From Epiperipatus broadwayi (Eukaryota > Animalia > Onychophora): a DNA stretch of 64,000 bases. The notes beneath the pieces are model-generated. The model saw only the letters and a program-made list of their open reading frames with translations, had not been told where the DNA came from and did not search any database. The translations under genes were made by a program, and so were the position numbers. Below, in pieces: positions 62,142 to 64,000 of the stretch; position 1 is the stretch's first letter, and each line of letters starts with the position of its first letter. The stretch covers positions 2,232,001 to 2,296,000 of the forward strand of contig JAQFVV010000011.1 of NCBI GenBank assembly GCA_028023455.1. The letters run 5' to 3'.

Positions 62142-63027
62142 ATGATAGTAATGTTAATCTTCAGAAAATTATGTGTCAACAATATATGTCAGATTAAATT
62201 GGTTAACAAAGACAAGATAATTTTGTCCTATATATATTTTTCTTTTTTTTTAGTTAAAAAAGCAGCAAATATCAAATTGATAAATACAGATGTATCATCA
62301 GATTCGAAGACAGATTCATCTTCATCTCAAGACAAAAAAAAGACCACACAAAAATCCACAATCTCAGAAAACCACTATTCCAAACTCACAAAAATTAAAG
62401 GAATCAAGAAGATTAGGTTTAGATTCAACTACCTTTCCAACCAAAAATACCAAAATACCACAAAAAATTCTAACAAGCACAATACTTCACGAAAACGAAG
62501 ATGAAACAGAATATAACTACCTCACAGAAAATGAATCAGAAATGGACCTTTCCATGGATCTAACAAATAAAAAAAAAAGAAAATCCATTAGAGTCAACAG
62601 AACAAGTTCTGAAGAAGACAACATATCAGGAAAAAAGAATAAGGCAACAACTGAGTATTCCAAGCATTATAATCTAGAATCCTTCCATAATCCCAAGAAA
62701 CATAAAACAAAATCCGATAAATATAACTCCTTAAATGATAAAACAGAATACACAAAAGAAGAACATAACCAAGACCTATGGACGATAGAATGAGGATTCT
62801 CTAGACAGCATAATACAAATACATTCATTTCTTGCCGGCAGGGATTCAGATGTCCCTAACACTGAAATCACTATTGGTAACAATTTTCCTAATAAAACCA
62901 ATCATACACAGATAAAAAGCAATTCACAAGAACAGCCAAATAATAAGCATGCGGTAGTGCATTCCTTGAAAGATAATCACATTAATGAAAGGGAAGATAG
63001 CTGGGATAAACATAAGAGGGATTAATT
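62142..63027 (+). pseudogene. Disrupted ORF1-like region of an L1/Tx1-like LINE
   Basis: Overlapping Lys/Asn/Thr/Ser-rich frames directly upstream of, and overlapping the start of, an APE ORF. Confidence 0.45.
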
Positions 63028-64000
63028 CCATGGCAAGACTATGTGCCATAGAACACTGGTTCCAACTTAACAACCCTCACATTCTTTGTCTAGGTGAGAC
63101 GAAATATCATAACAACTCTGATACCAAAATCAAACAAAAGTTAGACCATTTAGGATTTGTTGAACTCTCCACCAACTATGCTGCAGCTGAAGGAGTGGGA
63201 GTAATAATCAACAAAAATCTACCACCATCTAGATTTAGAATCCTATACATGGACAAAAATATTATGACTCTAAACATGGTGTATCAAAAAGATGTTCAAC
63301 TAAATTTGATCTATGTGTATACAAGCAAAAACACAGCCAAGCTTCTAAGAATAATAAACATCATAAACGTGATCATGTCAAACAATAATGTCCACACAAT
63401 AATTTTAGGAGACTTCAACATCAGTTACAAACAATTTAACAACAAATTTATCCATCTCTCATAAATACCGCAATGATGAGTGGAGAGGGTTTTTTCCCAC
63501 CTAACTCCTTCTCATTCTACAACAACAATCATAAATCATTAATTGATCTATTAATATACTCACCACAAATACATTTCCAAATAGATGCAGAACTAGAACC
63601 AATCCCTTTTACAGACCATTGTGCGCTAATCATAAAAATAGATATAGCAGATGGTCTAAACACCCTACACAAAAAAACAGTAAGGATGATCACCAAAGAA
63701 ACAATTACCGAAGCAATACTATCAGAGGCCTATATTTACTTTAATAAAATAAAAATTTTAGACAGACCAGCCGAACAAGCATGGTTTGCACTGATAGCAA
63801 TTTTACAATCTCTCATAGTTCACCATACAAGGAAAAGAAAAGGTCCAATTACGCTTATGAATGAACTGGATTCTCTCAGTAAACAAATAAAAGCACACAA
63901 TATTGACTTAAATGATGTTCAAGCCTTAATGAATCTAAAGAAACAATACAAAATAAAGCAAAAGCAGATTGCAGCATAAATAGCAATAAAAAGATCTAAA
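62985..64000 (+). pseudogene. L1/Tx1-like ORF2 N-terminus (APE endonuclease), frameshifted, runs off the window
   Basis: Motifs INIRGI, LCLGETK, GVGVII, ILGDFN, SLIDLL and FTDH. Frameshift at ~63460-63473 and an in-frame stop at 63977-63979. Confidence 0.75.

Noticed and set aside
1-64000. Autonomous Penelope-like element (RT plus GIY-YIG)
   Set aside because: No such ORF is visible, so the PLE link is inferred only from HHR type and inverted insertion structure.

Overview
AT-rich (roughly three-quarters A+T by eye), CpG-poor animal non-coding DNA, probably from an invertebrate. I could not confidently identify a host protein-coding gene, rRNA, functional tRNA or CRISPR array. The window is packed with retroelements. 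These are one near-intact full-length RTE-clade LINE (58649-61935), two decayed RTE copies, a disrupted L1/Tx1-like LINE at the right edge, LINE fragments and tRNA-derived SINEs. The main unexplained signal is catalytic RNA. At least six small non-coding repeat families (labelled A1, A2, B, C, E, F here) carry minimal type-I hammerhead ribozyme (HHR) motifs of the form CTGANGA-stem II-GAAA-palindromic stem III-NUH. The HHRs recur at unit spacing (487, 447, 374, 425-433 nt), and A1 has a ~360-nt unit by terminal redundancy. Many copies are fold-back insertions, several with TSDs, which fits non-LTR retrozymes or Penelope-like element (PLE) passengers. One family has a tRNA-derived Pol III head fused to the HHR. 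Separately, the intact RTE begins exactly at the predicted cleavage site of a complete HDV-like ribozyme. All folds were read by eye and none is experimentally or computationally confirmed.
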